Assembly: GCA_947458235.1 (NCBI GenBank)
Contig: CANGYP010000003.1
Location: forward strand, 1-53,358
DNA length: 53,358 bases
From: Alphaproteobacteria bacterium
GTDB taxonomy: Bacteria > Pseudomonadota > Alphaproteobacteria > JAJTHO01 > CANGYM01
Direction: 5' to 3'
Of the stretch, positions 1 through 10,468 are shown one piece after another; within the stretch, counting starts at the first letter, position 1, and every line of letters begins with the position of its first letter. The translations under genes and the position numbers were made by a program. The notes below the pieces were generated by a model. It was not told the DNA's origin. It saw only the letters and a list, made by a program, of their open reading frames with translations, and searched no databases.

Positions 1-146
1 CCCCAGAAAACCTAGCAGCCATCAATGGCTTGGTCGTTCATATCCTCAATAAAACCTTCGGAAAATTCACCGAAGGCATCCAAATCTTCCAACGAAAAAC
101 CCACAAAGCCATCCAAACCTTAACGAAAGTTTATTGAATGACCCTG
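1..146 (+). mobile_element. 3' end of probable ISAs1-family insertion sequence (transposase C-terminus, stop 135-137, terminus ...CCCTG)
   Basis: Frame from nt 3 reads PENLAAINGLVVHILNKTFGKFTEGIQIFQRKTHKAIQTLTKVY*, resembling the ISAs1 C-terminal APENLA..L..L motif; followed by CCCTG (142-146), the typical ISAs1 end; at the window edge. Confidence 0.6.
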
Positions 147-225
147 CACGATAATGTCTCCATCTTTACATCCTGTTTGTTTTATGAAACTAGTTTAGGG
201 AAACAAACGACAAAGAGGTTTTGTC

Positions 226-999
226 ATGGCACATCAAAAACACCCCTATCATTTGGTGGATCCCAGTCCTTGGCCATTACTGGCGTCGCTGGCGGCGGGG
301 GCTTTGGCTGTGGGGGCCTTGTTGTTTTTTAAGGGGATAACGTCCCTTGGCCTGTGGCTGGGCCTGTTGTGTGTATTGGTATGTATGTACGGTTGGTGGC
401 GCAGCGTTATAAAAGAGGCCAACACCCCTGGCATCCATAATCCTGTGGTGCAAACGGGTCTGCGGTACGGGGTGGTTTTGTTTATTGCCTCTGAGGTGAT
501 GTTTTTTGTGGCCTTTTTTTGGGCGTATTTCAATGCTCGCTTGTTTCCAGTGGGGGGTGTTTGGCCGCCCCAAGGCATTGTGCCGCTGGATCCCATGTCT
601 TTACCATTTTTGAACACCTTGATTCTGTTGCTTTCGGGGACCACGGTGACGTGGGCTCACCATGCGTTGCTGCATGGGGACCGTCAGGGCCTGCGTCAGG
701 GGTTGCTGTATACGGTTTTGTTGGGAACATTGTTTTTGGGCTTGCAGGCCTATGAATACAGTCACGCGTCTTTTGGGTTCCGCGAGGGGATTTATGCATC
801 GAATTTTTATATGGCCACGGGGTTTCACGGGTTCCACGTATTGATTGGAACATTATTTTTGCTGGTGTGTTATCTGCGGGCGCGTTCGGGCCAGTTTACG
901 GAAAAACAGCATGTGGGGTTCGAGGCCGCCGCGTGGTACTGGCACTTTGTGGACGTGGTCTGGCTGTTTCTGTTTGCGTCGGTATATTTGGGTGGCTAA
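226..999 (+). CDS. ctaE: Cytochrome c oxidase subunit III
   Basis: [50 protein letters not shown] motifs. Confidence 0.98.
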   Translation: MAHQKHPYHLVDPSPWPLLASLAAGALAVGALLFFKGITSLGLWLGLLCVLVCMYGWWRSVIKEANTPGIHNPVVQTGLRYGVVLFIASEVMFFVAFFWAYFNARLFPVGGVWPPQGIVPLDPMSLPFLNTLILLLSGTTVTWAHHALLHGDRQGLRQGLLYTVLLGTLFLGLQAYEYSHASFGFREGIYASNFYMATGFHGFHVLIGTLFLLVCYLRARSGQFTEKQHVGFEAAAWYWHFVDVVWLFLFASVYLGG

Positions 1000-1351
1000 G
1001 GAAGCGGCGTCTTTTTTGCGTACGGTGTGCAGGGGAACGTGTCCCCGCTGTGGTGTGGGGGCTGTGTATGAGCGGTTTTTCTCGCTAAAGCCTGCCTGTC
1101 CCGCCTGTGATCTGGATTTGCGGGGGCATGATATGGGGGATGGGCCTGTGTATGTGATTTTGTCGGTGCTCTGTCTTTTGGTGCCGTTGGGGGCCTTGTT
1201 CGTGGAGTTTCGGTATCAGCCGCCCCTGTGGATTCACGGGATTGTGTGGCCTGTGGTGGTTTTGGGCCTGATCTTGGCCCTGCTTCGGCCCGTCAAATCG
1301 GCTTATTTGCATCAACAGTACTGTCATCGCTCTTTGAAAGAAAACGATTAA
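992..1351 (+). CDS. DUF983 family protein
   Basis: CPRCG...CPACDLD...[17 protein letters not shown] motifs; conserved position between ctaE and SURF1; GTG start at 992 inferred. Confidence 0.85.
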   Translation: MAKEAASFLRTVCRGTCPRCGVGAVYERFFSLKPACPACDLDLRGHDMGDGPVYVILSVLCLLVPLGALFVEFRYQPPLWIHGIVWPVVVLGLILALLRPVKSAYLHQQYCHRSLKEND

Positions 1352-1369
1352 ACTGAAAGGGATTCCGTC

Positions 1370-2092
1370 ATGCGCTGGGTCAAGCCCCTGTTGTTTTGGG
1401 CTGTTGTGCTTAGTATTCAGGGAACGCTGATGGGCTTAAGCCACTGGCAGTGGCAACGCTTGTCGTGGAAGGAAGACGCCATCTCCCTGAGAGACGCCAG
1501 ATGGTTTTCCTCCGTCATTCCACTAGAGCAAGCCCTTTCCCAAAGCCGTATGACCCCAGACTGGTTGAACGTCAGGGTGTGTGGCCAAGTTATACCCCAA
1601 ACGTATGCCAAGGTTTCTTATGTGGCGGGTCTGCCCAAGGCGGCATTTTCTCTGGTCGTGCCGATGAAGGCAGATTTAGGACTGTTGGGAAAGCGAAACG
1701 TTCTTTTGGATGTCGGATATATTTATTTTGATGAAGAAATGAAATCGATGCCCCACAAAGTACCAGAGAAAACCACAACAAAACAATGCTTTTCTGGCCA
1801 TATTCTGCCCGTGTCCCACGCGTGGGGCGGGGGGATGGGCGGGAAAGTGCAAGGGGACGTGTATTCTTATTTCGATATCGACACAATAGCACATCGTTGG
1901 GCGATGGAGCCTTTTATGCCGTGGGTGGTGCGGCTGGATCAGCCGGAGGTGTTGATGGAGGGGCCTATTAAGGCCTATCCCAACACCCCGCCAGAATTGC
2001 GGAATGCTCATTTGGGCTATGCATTGACGTGGATGGCTTTGGCGGTGATTTGGCCCGTGATGGTGTGGCTGCGTCTTAAAAAAAAGCGATAA
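1370..2092 (+). CDS. SURF1 family cytochrome oxidase assembly protein
   Basis: WQWQRLSWK near N-terminus, NAHLGYALTW near C-terminus, two terminal TM segments. Confidence 0.9.
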   Translation: MRWVKPLLFWAVVLSIQGTLMGLSHWQWQRLSWKEDAISLRDARWFSSVIPLEQALSQSRMTPDWLNVRVCGQVIPQTYAKVSYVAGLPKAAFSLVVPMKADLGLLGKRNVLLDVGYIYFDEEMKSMPHKVPEKTTTKQCFSGHILPVSHAWGGGMGGKVQGDVYSYFDIDTIAHRWAMEPFMPWVVRLDQPEVLMEGPIKAYPNTPPELRNAHLGYALTWMALAVIWPVMVWLRLKKKR

Positions 2093-2100
2093 ATACGGTG

Positions 2101-2149
2101 AAAATCCCTAAAAACAGGCTAAAAATACCTAAAAAAAGATTCATTGACA
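2101..2149 (+). promoter_or_regulatory. Putative tRNA promoter: phased A-tracts and -35 TTGACA
   Basis: A-tracts at 2101, 2110, 2121 and 2131, then TTGACA at 2144-2149 upstream of the tRNA; -10 box not clear. Confidence 0.5.
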
Positions 2150-2182
2150 AACGCCCCACAAAACGACACCTTAGGGACTAAA

Positions 2183-2275
2183 GGAGCGATGGGTGAGTGG
2201 CTGAAACCAACGGTTTGCTAAACCGTCGTACGGGCTTTACCCGTACCGAGGGTTCGAATCCCTCTCGCTCCGCCA
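2183..2275 (+). tRNA. tRNA-Ser(GCT)
   Basis: Acceptor GGAGCGA/TCGCTCC, anticodon arm ACGGT-TTGCTAA-ACCGT, long variable arm, GGTTCGAATCC, encoded CCA. Confidence 0.97.
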
Positions 2276-2324
2276 TGATTCTCTCCGAATGCTTTTTGAG
2301 CCGTAGTTAAGTGTTAGGTGTCTA

Positions 2325-2669
2325 ATGAGATTTAAGCATCAATTTATATTGATATTTTTGGTCCTTGTTGTTGTAGGATCGGCAACAGCAAAAACTGAAA
2401 ATAAAGCTGAGGACACCCTTGACCCGCGTTGGGTTTTGGCTGTTGCAAAAAACACTGGGTCTTGTGGCATCATGCAGGAGATGATTTCCTTTCAGCAGAA
2501 AACAAAAATGCAAGGCGGAGATGATTTTGTGACGAGGTTTTTGCAAACGGAATCTGCCCGTCGGGGTATCGCCGTTAACCAGATGTTCGATGAATGCAAC
2601 GATTCGATTGCCAAATATGGAGACTTATGGCAATTTATGGACCCACAAGCCCAACAGACAAGGCCATAA
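2325..2669 (+). CDS. Hypothetical secreted protein (114 aa)
   Basis: N-terminal signal peptide, two Cys, AT-richer than neighbours, directly after the tRNA. Confidence 0.75.
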   Translation: MRFKHQFILIFLVLVVVGSATAKTENKAEDTLDPRWVLAVAKNTGSCGIMQEMISFQQKTKMQGGDDFVTRFLQTESARRGIAVNQMFDECNDSIAKYGDLWQFMDPQAQQTRP

Positions 2670-2802
2670 GGAGGCTTTTGGTTTTTGCAGGAAAGCGTTG
2701 TCTATTTTGAGTGTTCCTGAATCCCCCCCCCCAACATTTTTGGGTTGCCAAAGAGCCCCGCTGCGCTATACCTGAGGGTGTGTTGTGTTTAAAAGGGACC
2801 TC

Positions 2803-3756
2803 ATGCTGCCCAAACCATCGTTGACCGTGCTGATGGCCAGCCCGCGCGGGTTTTGTGCGGGGGTGGATCGGGCCATTTTGATCGTGGAGCGGGCGCTGGA
2901 AAAATACGGTCCCCCCGTGTATGTGCGTCACGAAATTGTCCATAATCGCCATGTGGTTCAGTCTCTCAGAGACAAAGGCGCTGTTTTTGTGGATGATTTG
3001 CAGGACATTCCCACGGATCGCCCCGTGGTGTTTTCCGCCCATGGCGTGTCAAAGGCCGTGGTGGGGGAGGCTGAGGACAAGGCGCTGTTTACGCTGGATG
3101 CCACCTGCCCCTTGGTGTCCAAAGTCCATCACGAGGTTCTGCGGTGGCATAGCAAGGGCCATCACATCATTTTTATCGGGCACCGCGGCCATCCTGAGGT
3201 TGAGGGCACCATGGGACAGGTGCCGTCGGGGGCCATGACTTTGGTGGAAACCGTGGCGGACGTGGCGGCGCTAAAAGTATTCCAAGATACTCCTGTGGCA
3301 TACGCGACGCAAACCACGTTATCAGTGGATGAGACCACGGCCATTGTGGCCGCGCTGAAGGCCCACTATCCCCACCTGCAGGGCCCGAAAAAAGAAGATA
3401 TTTGCTATGCCACCACCAATCGGCAAGAGGCCGTGAAGCGTCTGGCCCCCCTTTGTGATATATTTCTTGTGGTGGGCTCCCCCAACTCGTCCAATTCCCG
3501 CCAACTGGTGCAGGTGGCCATGGATTACGGCTGCCCCCGCGCGGTGTTGCTGGATGCGCCGGATCCTCTGTCTCGGCTACCTTTGGCGGGGGGTATGACC
3601 GTGGGTCTAACCGCAGGGGCCTCCGCCCCCGAATCGTTGGTTCAGGACATACTGAATGCCCTGCAGGATCATTTCTCTGTGGAAACAAAAGAAGAAAACG
3701 GTATGTCTGAAGGGGTCTCTTTTCGCCTGCCGGTCATACTTGAGGGGAATGACTAA
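2803..3756 (+). CDS. ispH: 4-hydroxy-3-methylbut-2-enyl diphosphate reductase
   Basis: PRGFCAGVDRAI, HEIVHN, DATCPLV.KVH, DICYATTNRQ, TAGASAPE. Confidence 0.98.
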   Translation: MLPKPSLTVLMASPRGFCAGVDRAILIVERALEKYGPPVYVRHEIVHNRHVVQSLRDKGAVFVDDLQDIPTDRPVVFSAHGVSKAVVGEAEDKALFTLDATCPLVSKVHHEVLRWHSKGHHIIFIGHRGHPEVEGTMGQVPSGAMTLVETVADVAALKVFQDTPVAYATQTTLSVDETTAIVAALKAHYPHLQGPKKEDICYATTNRQEAVKRLAPLCDIFLVVGSPNSSNSRQLVQVAMDYGCPRAVLLDAPDPLSRLPLAGGMTVGLTAGASAPESLVQDILNALQDHFSVETKEENGMSEGVSFRLPVILEGND

Positions 3757-3758
3757 GG

Positions 3759-4724
3759 ATGGCGGTATTTACAAGTCTTTCTAGGAATGACTTTGACTTG
3801 GTATCTCAAGTATGGCCAATAGGCATTATAGAGAAATACCAAGGAATGACCTCTGGCGTTGAGAACACAACCTACCGAGTTTGCTCTAGTATGTCTAAGT
3901 ATATCCTCACATTGATTGAAAAAAGGACGCGGGCAGACGATCTAAAGTATTTCTCAGAGCTCCAAAGGTATTTCTTTTTGCGGGGCATACCGTGTCCGAC
4001 GGTTGTTTTGACGGCGCATCAGGAAAACTATCAAAACATACTTGGTCTGCCCGCTGTTTTGACGACGTTTTTATCGGGGCAGGCGTTGGATAGCCCCAAC
4101 CAAGAAGCCTGCGCCCAGATGGGGGCTTTGCTGGGCAAGATGCATGGTGTTCAGGGGGATTTCCCGCTGCGCAAAGACAATCCTGTTTCTTTGGCCGCGC
4201 TGGGGGATATCTGGCAAAAATGCACGCAGGCGTCGGAATTTGTGCCAGAGACTTGGGCAGACCTGCACGAGGAATTGCTGTTACAGCAGGGGCGAGCGGC
4301 TCACCACCCTCTGCCCCAAGGTACCATCCATGCCGATGCCTTTCCAGACAATGTCTTTTTTGATGAAAAAGGGCAGATTTGCGGCATTATCGACTGGTAT
4401 TTCGCGTGTTATGATGCTCTGCTCTATGATGTGGCTTTGACCCTTGTAGGGTGGTGTTATGATGCAGCGGGTCAGTGGCGCCCAGAGTGGGCGGGGGCTT
4501 TTCTGCGGGCCTATTTGCGGGCGTTTCCTCTGGGGGCTTTTGAGGATACCGATTTGCGTTGGATGCTGCGCCGCGCCTGTGTACGGATTGCCATCACGCG
4601 CCTTTATGATGCCCTGTATCCCCGTGCGGACGGGCTGGTGGTGCCCAAAAGTCCTGTGGATTTTTTGCGGCATTTGCACCATCATCGTTTGGGCTTGCCG
4701 TTGTATCAGGGGTCTTTGTCATGA
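3759..4724 (+). CDS. thrB: Homoserine kinase (type II, APH-like)
   Basis: MAVFT start, [25 protein letters not shown]; ispH-thrB-rnhA synteny. Confidence 0.92.
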   Translation: MAVFTSLSRNDFDLVSQVWPIGIIEKYQGMTSGVENTTYRVCSSMSKYILTLIEKRTRADDLKYFSELQRYFFLRGIPCPTVVLTAHQENYQNILGLPAVLTTFLSGQALDSPNQEACAQMGALLGKMHGVQGDFPLRKDNPVSLAALGDIWQKCTQASEFVPETWADLHEELLLQQGRAAHHPLPQGTIHADAFPDNVFFDEKGQICGIIDWYFACYDALLYDVALTLVGWCYDAAGQWRPEWAGAFLRAYLRAFPLGAFEDTDLRWMLRRACVRIAITRLYDALYPRADGLVVPKSPVDFLRHLHHHRLGLPLYQGSLS

Positions 4725-5164
4725 CGCCCCCCCAAGTGAGCCTTTACACGGACGGCGCCTGTTCTGGTAACCCTGGGCCTGGGGGCTGGGGTGCGTTGCT
4801 GACCATGGGCCCTCACGAAAAAGAACTCTCTGGGGCCGAAGCCCACACCACCAACAACCGCATGGAAATGATGGCGGCGATTCAAGGGCTTAGGGCTTTG
4901 AAAAATCCGTGTCAGGTGGATCTTTACACCGACAGCCAGTATCTTCGGGATGGGATCACCAAATGGATTGTGGGATGGAAAAAAAATGGTTGGAAAACAG
5001 CGGACAAAAAACCTGTGAAAAACGAGGATCTGTGGCGCCTGTTGGAGGATCTTGGGCGAATTCATGACATACGCTGGCACTGGGTAAGGGGTCACAATGG
5101 CCACCCCGAAAACGAACGCGTGGATCTGTTGGCCAGATCTGCCATTTTAACTTTAAAATCATGA
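4721..5164 (+). CDS. rnhA: Ribonuclease HI
   Basis: [38 protein letters not shown]. Confidence 0.98.
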   Translation: MTPPQVSLYTDGACSGNPGPGGWGALLTMGPHEKELSGAEAHTTNNRMEMMAAIQGLRALKNPCQVDLYTDSQYLRDGITKWIVGWKKNGWKTADKKPVKNEDLWRLLEDLGRIHDIRWHWVRGHNGHPENERVDLLARSAILTLKS

Positions 5165-6381
5165 CGTTGCGCCATTGGATATACTTAGGAATACTCGGGT
5201 TCTCCAGTGGGTTGCCCTTTATGGTGACGGGCATGACTCTGTCGGCGCGCTTGACGGATGCGGGCCTTTCGTTGCAGACGCTGGGTCTGTTTGCTTTGGT
5301 CGGGATGCCCTACGCGCTGAAGGTTTTATGGGCCCCCTGCATTGAAAATGTCCCCTTGCCCTTTTTGGCGTCGCGGTTGGGACAACGGCGATCGTGGGCC
5401 GTTTTGGCCCAGATGGGGATTCTGTTGATGTATGCAGCCATGGCCTTTATCGGGCCTGAGTCCAACATTGTGATGTTTGCAACGCTTTGTTTTGGTTTGA
5501 CGTTTTTTTCGGCTACACAGGATGTGGCACTGGATGGTTACCGCATTGCGTGGCTGGAGACGCAACATCAGGCCTGGGGCGCCGGCATTTTTGTGAATTG
5601 TTATCGTCTGGCGTTGATGGTGTCGGGGGCTGGGGCCGTGATGACCTCGGACGTTGTGGGGTGGTTTTGGGTGATGCTGGGTTTGATGGTGTTTCAGGCT
5701 TTGGGTGTGGCGGCGATTCTGGCGCTGGGGCCCCAAGATGTTTCCCCCAATCCCCGCCAAGGCTCTTGGGTTTTTTGGGCCTTTTTGAGGCCTCTGCAGG
5801 GCCTGAAACGTCATCAACACTGGGCCGCTTTTTTGGCCATCGTGCTGACGTTTCGCCTGCCAGATGCGTACTTGGCGTCTATGAATTACCGTTTTTTGTA
5901 TGATACGGGGTTTTCTAAAACTCAGATTGCCAGTGTGGTGCAAATTTATGGTCTGTCGGCGGCGTTTGTGGGCGGTGCGTTGGGAGGGATGATGATGCAG
6001 CGATTGGGGCTTTATCGTGCTTTGGTGGTGGCGGCAGTGCTGCAAATGGTTTCTAACCTCAGTTACGCGTGGATTGATGGTCCGTTTTTGTCTCAGTTGA
6101 TGGTTGTGATGACTATAGAGGAATTGACTGGTGGCATAGCAACGGCCTCATTTCTGGGATTTTTGGCCCTATTGTGTCAAAAAGATGTGGCGGCCACGCA
6201 GTATGCGTTGCTGACGTCGTTGGTGGCGTTGACGCGGATGGTTGTGTCCTCAACCTCGGGGGTCGTGGCGGCCGCGTTGGGGTGGGATGCTTTTTTTGTG
6301 GCTTCGGCGCTGATGGGATTGGTGGGTTTGGGGCTGGTGGTGGCGGTGCGTCCTGTTTTTGCGCGCTTGATGGGGGATTGA
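5161..6381 (+). CDS. ampG: AmpG family muropeptide MFS transporter
   Basis: [40 protein letters not shown]. Confidence 0.92.
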   Translation: MTLRHWIYLGILGFSSGLPFMVTGMTLSARLTDAGLSLQTLGLFALVGMPYALKVLWAPCIENVPLPFLASRLGQRRSWAVLAQMGILLMYAAMAFIGPESNIVMFATLCFGLTFFSATQDVALDGYRIAWLETQHQAWGAGIFVNCYRLALMVSGAGAVMTSDVVGWFWVMLGLMVFQALGVAAILALGPQDVSPNPRQGSWVFWAFLRPLQGLKRHQHWAAFLAIVLTFRLPDAYLASMNYRFLYDTGFSKTQIASVVQIYGLSAAFVGGALGGMMMQRLGLYRALVVAAVLQMVSNLSYAWIDGPFLSQLMVVMTIEELTGGIATASFLGFLALLCQKDVAATQYALLTSLVALTRMVVSSTSGVVAAALGWDAFFVASALMGLVGLGLVVAVRPVFARLMGD

Positions 6382-6412
6382 CCCCTGAGAAGGGGCGGGT
6401 TACAGTGGGGAC

Positions 6413-7066
6413 ATGAGTCAGATTTACCGCCTTCTTCCTCCCACCGTTACCAAAGCCGTTCTCTTCCTGCACGGCGTTGGGGCTAATGGTCAGGACTTGC
6501 TGGGGCTTTCGTCTTTTTTGCAGCCAGCTTTGCCGTCAACCGTGGCGTATGTTGCGCCAGATGGTTTTGATCTTTATGATATGTTGCCTGTGGGGATGGT
6601 GGCGGAAAGCTATCAATGGTTTTCCCTCAAAGACCGCTCACCCCCTGTGTTATCCGTGGAGGTTGACCGCGCCGCAGTGCGTTTTCAGGACCTGTTTGAG
6701 GAGATACGCGATAGCCTTGCTTTGGACTATAGAGATATTATTTTGGTGGGGTTTTCGCAGGGCACGATGCTGGCCATAACGGCGGCCCTTCAGTTGCCAT
6801 CGCCCGTTGCGGGTGTGGTGGGGTTTTCGGGGGCGTTTATGCCCCCATCTTTGGTGCGAAGTCATCCCCCTTTTTGTCTGATTCATGGAAAGCAGGACGA
6901 AGTCATACCTAGTTATGCCACCCAAAAGGCTGCTGAAGGTCTGAAGCAACGGGGATGCCGTGTGGACTATTTTATCGATGATTATTTGGGCCATTCCATC
7001 GATGAGAAAGGCATACAAAGGATGATAAAGTATGCCTCCCAGTGGTTTCAGCCCCTTTCGGCTTAA
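6413..7066 (+). CDS. Phospholipase/carboxylesterase (alpha/beta hydrolase)
   Basis: LHG.GANG.DL, GFSQG nucleophile elbow, HG..D.VIP, GHSI. Confidence 0.93.
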   Translation: MSQIYRLLPPTVTKAVLFLHGVGANGQDLLGLSSFLQPALPSTVAYVAPDGFDLYDMLPVGMVAESYQWFSLKDRSPPVLSVEVDRAAVRFQDLFEEIRDSLALDYRDIILVGFSQGTMLAITAALQLPSPVAGVVGFSGAFMPPSLVRSHPPFCLIHGKQDEVIPSYATQKAAEGLKQRGCRVDYFIDDYLGHSIDEKGIQRMIKYASQWFQPLSA

Positions 7067-7371
7067 AGGTTAATGATGCAAAGGGATGCTAAGTGTTTCA
7101 GGGGCGTTTTTTTTTCAAAAATCCCCTCAAAAACCATTGCATTTTCTTCACATTTGCTGTGTAATTTCTTTTGTTGCCCTTGCGCGAAAGGCTTGGCGAT
7201 TCCTAGAAAAAAATATTTATTGCCGTATTTGACTATTTTTTTTCTAAAAAACAAGAATTTTTCTTCCAAAATCATAGTTTTTTTTAAGGACTTTTTAGGG
7301 TCAAGTCGGGGGTTTTTGCGCGCCCTTAACGAGTCTCCACCATTCCAACATCGAAACAAAATGGAGTTATT

Positions 7372-8769
7372 ATGCGTTATGTAAGCACGCGCGGCCTTGC
7401 TCCCACGCTTTCTTTTTCTGAGGTGGTGTTTGCTGGCCTTGCCGAGGATGGTGGACTGTATGTCCCCGAAGACTATCCCGTTATGTCTTTGCAGGAATGG
7501 CATCGTTTGCGGGGCAAGCCTTATGCCGAGGTGGCCTTTGCTATCATGCGGCCCTTTATGCATCAGGCTTTCGATGATGCCACCTTGCGGGGGATGATTG
7601 AGCGAGCATATAGCGGATTTTCCCAGCCAGACAACATCACGCCGCTGATTCAGGTGGGGCCAGAAGATTGGATTTTGGAATTATTCCACGGTCCAACATT
7701 AGCTTTTAAAGATTATGCCATGCAGATGCTGGCCCAGATTTTTGAGGGGCTTTTGGCCCAGCAGCATCGTCCCTTGACCATTGTGGGTGCGACATCAGGG
7801 GATACGGGGTCTGCAGCGTTGCATGCATGCCGAGAGATTCAGGGGGCACAGGTCTTTATTTTGCATCCTCATGGGCGGGTGTCCGAGGTCCAACGAAAAC
7901 AAATGACCACCATCATCGCCCCCCATATCCGCAACATCGCCTTGCAGGGAACCTTTGATGATTGTCAGGCCATGGTCAAGCAGCTTTTTCAGGATTCAGA
8001 GGCCCGAAAAAACTGGGGGTTGACGGCGGTAAATTCCATAAATTGGGCCCGCATTTTGCCGCAGGTGGTGTATTATGCTTACGCCGCCTTGGCGCTAGGC
8101 GCCCCAGAGCGCAAGGTGTCCTTTACTGTGCCCACGGGCAATTTTGGCAATATGTTTGCTTGTTTTGTGGCCCAAAAGATGGGCCTGCCTTTGGGGCGCT
8201 GTGTGGTGGCCAGCAACAGAAACAACATTTTAACCCGCTTTTTTCAAACGGGTGTGATGCATGCGCGGGCAGTGGAGGCCTCCGTCAGCCCCAGTATGGA
8301 CATTCAAGTCTCCAGCAATTTTGAAAGGATGCTGTTTGAAATTCAATCCAGAAGCGCAACGATAGTTAAAAATCAAATGGATAGCTTTAAAAAAACGGGA
8401 GAATTCTCTGTGGATTCGGGGGCTTTGGCGGCGTTAAGGGAACATTATGATGCTTTTGACGCAACAGACGCTCAAACGGCCGATATGATTTTGATCATGG
8501 AACAAAAAACCGGATATCTGTGCGATCCACATACAGCCGTAGGGTGCGCGGCGGTGCGTCGTTGGCGCAAATTAGGCGGGGCTGGGGTTATGGTCGCTCT
8601 AGCGTGTGCCCATCCGTCAAAGTTTGACGCGGTCGTGCAGGGTGCTACGGGTAAACCTGTTGTTGTGCCAGAGCGTTTAAAGCAAACTCTGCTCGCCCCC
8701 GAAAAGGTTAACGTTTTGGCTAATGATTTTGGTGTCGTGCGGGATTTTATCGCCGCATCCCGTCGTTGA
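7372..8769 (+). CDS. thrC: Threonine synthase
   Basis: YVSTRG, ELFHGPTLAFKD, ATSGDTG, NSINWARI, SPSMDIQVSSNFER. Confidence 0.97.
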   Translation: MRYVSTRGLAPTLSFSEVVFAGLAEDGGLYVPEDYPVMSLQEWHRLRGKPYAEVAFAIMRPFMHQAFDDATLRGMIERAYSGFSQPDNITPLIQVGPEDWILELFHGPTLAFKDYAMQMLAQIFEGLLAQQHRPLTIVGATSGDTGSAALHACREIQGAQVFILHPHGRVSEVQRKQMTTIIAPHIRNIALQGTFDDCQAMVKQLFQDSEARKNWGLTAVNSINWARILPQVVYYAYAALALGAPERKVSFTVPTGNFGNMFACFVAQKMGLPLGRCVVASNRNNILTRFFQTGVMHARAVEASVSPSMDIQVSSNFERMLFEIQSRSATIVKNQMDSFKKTGEFSVDSGALAALREHYDAFDATDAQTADMILIMEQKTGYLCDPHTAVGCAAVRRWRKLGGAGVMVALACAHPSKFDAVVQGATGKPVVVPERLKQTLLAPEKVNVLANDFGVVRDFIAASRR

Positions 8770-8902
8770 TCATGGATCAGGGGCGTCTGGTTTTTAGGGG
8801 GTGTGTTGAACAATTTTGTCTGTTGGCCTCTTGCCAAGAGAGGGGGAATGGTCTAGAGGTACAGATCCTTATCGGAACTGTTCTTTTGGAGACGAAATAC
8901 CC

Positions 8903-9325
8903 ATGGCCACGCAACGGACCCTTTCTATTATCAAGCCTGACGCTACCCGCCGCAATTTAACGGGGGAAATCAATGCCCGTATCGAAAAATCGGGTCTGCG
9001 TATTGTGGCACAAAAACGAACGGTTTTAAGCCGTGCCCAAGTAGAGACCTTTTACGCTGCCCACAAAGATCGTGCGTTTTTCCCAGATTTGTGTGCGTTT
9101 ATGGCTTCAGGTCCTGTGGTGATTCAGGTTCTGGAGGGGGCAGAAGCTGTCAAAAAATACAGGGCCTTGATGGGGGCCACCAATCCCTCTCAAGCGGACC
9201 TTGGGACCCTAAGACGGGATTTTGCTGAGTCCATCGAGGCGAATTCTGTTCATGGTAGCGATTCCGAGGAGGCTGCTCATGAAGAAATTGCCTTTTTCTT
9301 TGCCAAAATGGACATTGTTGGCTAA
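8903..9325 (+). CDS. ndk: Nucleoside diphosphate kinase
   Basis: [24 protein letters not shown]. Confidence 0.98.
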   Translation: MATQRTLSIIKPDATRRNLTGEINARIEKSGLRIVAQKRTVLSRAQVETFYAAHKDRAFFPDLCAFMASGPVVIQVLEGAEAVKKYRALMGATNPSQADLGTLRRDFAESIEANSVHGSDSEEAAHEEIAFFFAKMDIVG

Positions 9326-9383
9326 GGTTTTTCGGGCGACGTCGTTGCCTTGATGCTCCTCACCCCCAGTTTTGGAAGGGATT

Positions 9384-10466
9384 ATGACCCTTTACGTGCG
9401 CCTGTTTTCTAAGCGTCTGGTGTGGGTCTTTGGCGGGGTATTCTTGGCTTTGTTGGCGTTGGCGTGGATGGGCCGCATTGTTCAGTATATGGACATTTTG
9501 CAGCAGGCTTCCATTCCCTTATCTGTCTTTTTTTCGTGGGTAGCTTTGCTGTTGCCCTATGTGATGTATATGATTTTGCCCATGGTGGCAGCAGTGACCA
9601 CGTTTTTGGTCTATCATTATGGGCATCAGCATCATATTTTGACGATTTTGGCCAGTGTGGGGCTTTCGGCGGGTCCCCGTATGCGTCCTGCTTGGTATTT
9701 TGGGGCGATGTGTGGCGGTGTGGCTTTGATTATGTCGTTTATTGTCGTGCCAGCCAGTTATCATGGGTTTAAGGTGAAACAAAATGCCTTTCGTCAGCAA
9801 CAGCTCGTCAATTTGATTCAGCCCCATCAATTTTTTACGATGGACAAAAAAACTTTTTATGTCAATAATGTAGCAAAAGACGGGGGTCTGAAGGATGTTT
9901 TGATTTGGACCCATCAAGAGGCTAGCCAAACCTTCCTTTATGCCAGAGCTGGTCGTCTGGTTCAGGAAGAGGAGGGAGTTTTTTTGGTGCTAAAGCAGGG
10001 ATATCAGACGTTGTTGGATGATCGTGGGCAGGTCTCGCGATTGGATTTTGATCACTATCAGTTGCGGCTGGATCAACAAACCACTGAGGTTTACCAAAGA
10101 CGGAATATGTTGGAGTTTTCACCCATAGATCTACTGACATCGGATCGTTTTTCTAGCCCCCAGCAGGCTAAGCGTTGGGTAGGGGGGCATGTGCGGCTGT
10201 TATATCCCTTGCTGGCCGTGGTATTTGCGGTGTATCCAGCATTGGTTTTTTCAACGCTGCCTTTTTCCCGAACATCGGGCGTGATGCGTCCTTTGTTGCG
10301 GATTGTGCCCGTAGTGGTTGGGTTTTTTGGGGGGTTTTTGCTCCTTGGTCAAAGCGCTGAATCGTTTCCACCGCTGGTGTATGGGCTGTATGCGATGGTG
10401 ATGGTGGCCTTTATGCGGTTGGCTTGTCCTAGATTGACGTTCCCGCAGATCTTTAGGGGAGTATAG
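9384..10466 (+). CDS. lptF: LPS export ABC transporter permease LptF
   Basis: YjgP/YjgQ topology (3 TM, periplasmic beta domain, 3 TM); first of the pair upstream of lptD. Confidence 0.8.
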   Translation: MTLYVRLFSKRLVWVFGGVFLALLALAWMGRIVQYMDILQQASIPLSVFFSWVALLLPYVMYMILPMVAAVTTFLVYHYGHQHHILTILASVGLSAGPRMRPAWYFGAMCGGVALIMSFIVVPASYHGFKVKQNAFRQQQLVNLIQPHQFFTMDKKTFYVNNVAKDGGLKDVLIWTHQEASQTFLYARAGRLVQEEEGVFLVLKQGYQTLLDDRGQVSRLDFDHYQLRLDQQTTEVYQRRNMLEFSPIDLLTSDRFSSPQQAKRWVGGHVRLLYPLLAVVFAVYPALVFSTLPFSRTSGVMRPLLRIVPVVVGFFGGFLLLGQSAESFPPLVYGLYAMVMVAFMRLACPRLTFPQIFRGV

Positions 10467-10468
10467 TC

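Noticed and set aside
5326-6045. Long antisense ORFs (for example 239 aa here, 356 aa at 35611-36681, 288 aa at 17586-18452)
   Set aside because: Shadow frames opposite well-supported genes, with no recognisable motifs
7063-7563. ORFs across the AT-rich spacer (166 aa minus, 103 aa plus)
   Set aside because: Low-complexity K/F-rich translations of A/T tracts, overlapping thrC
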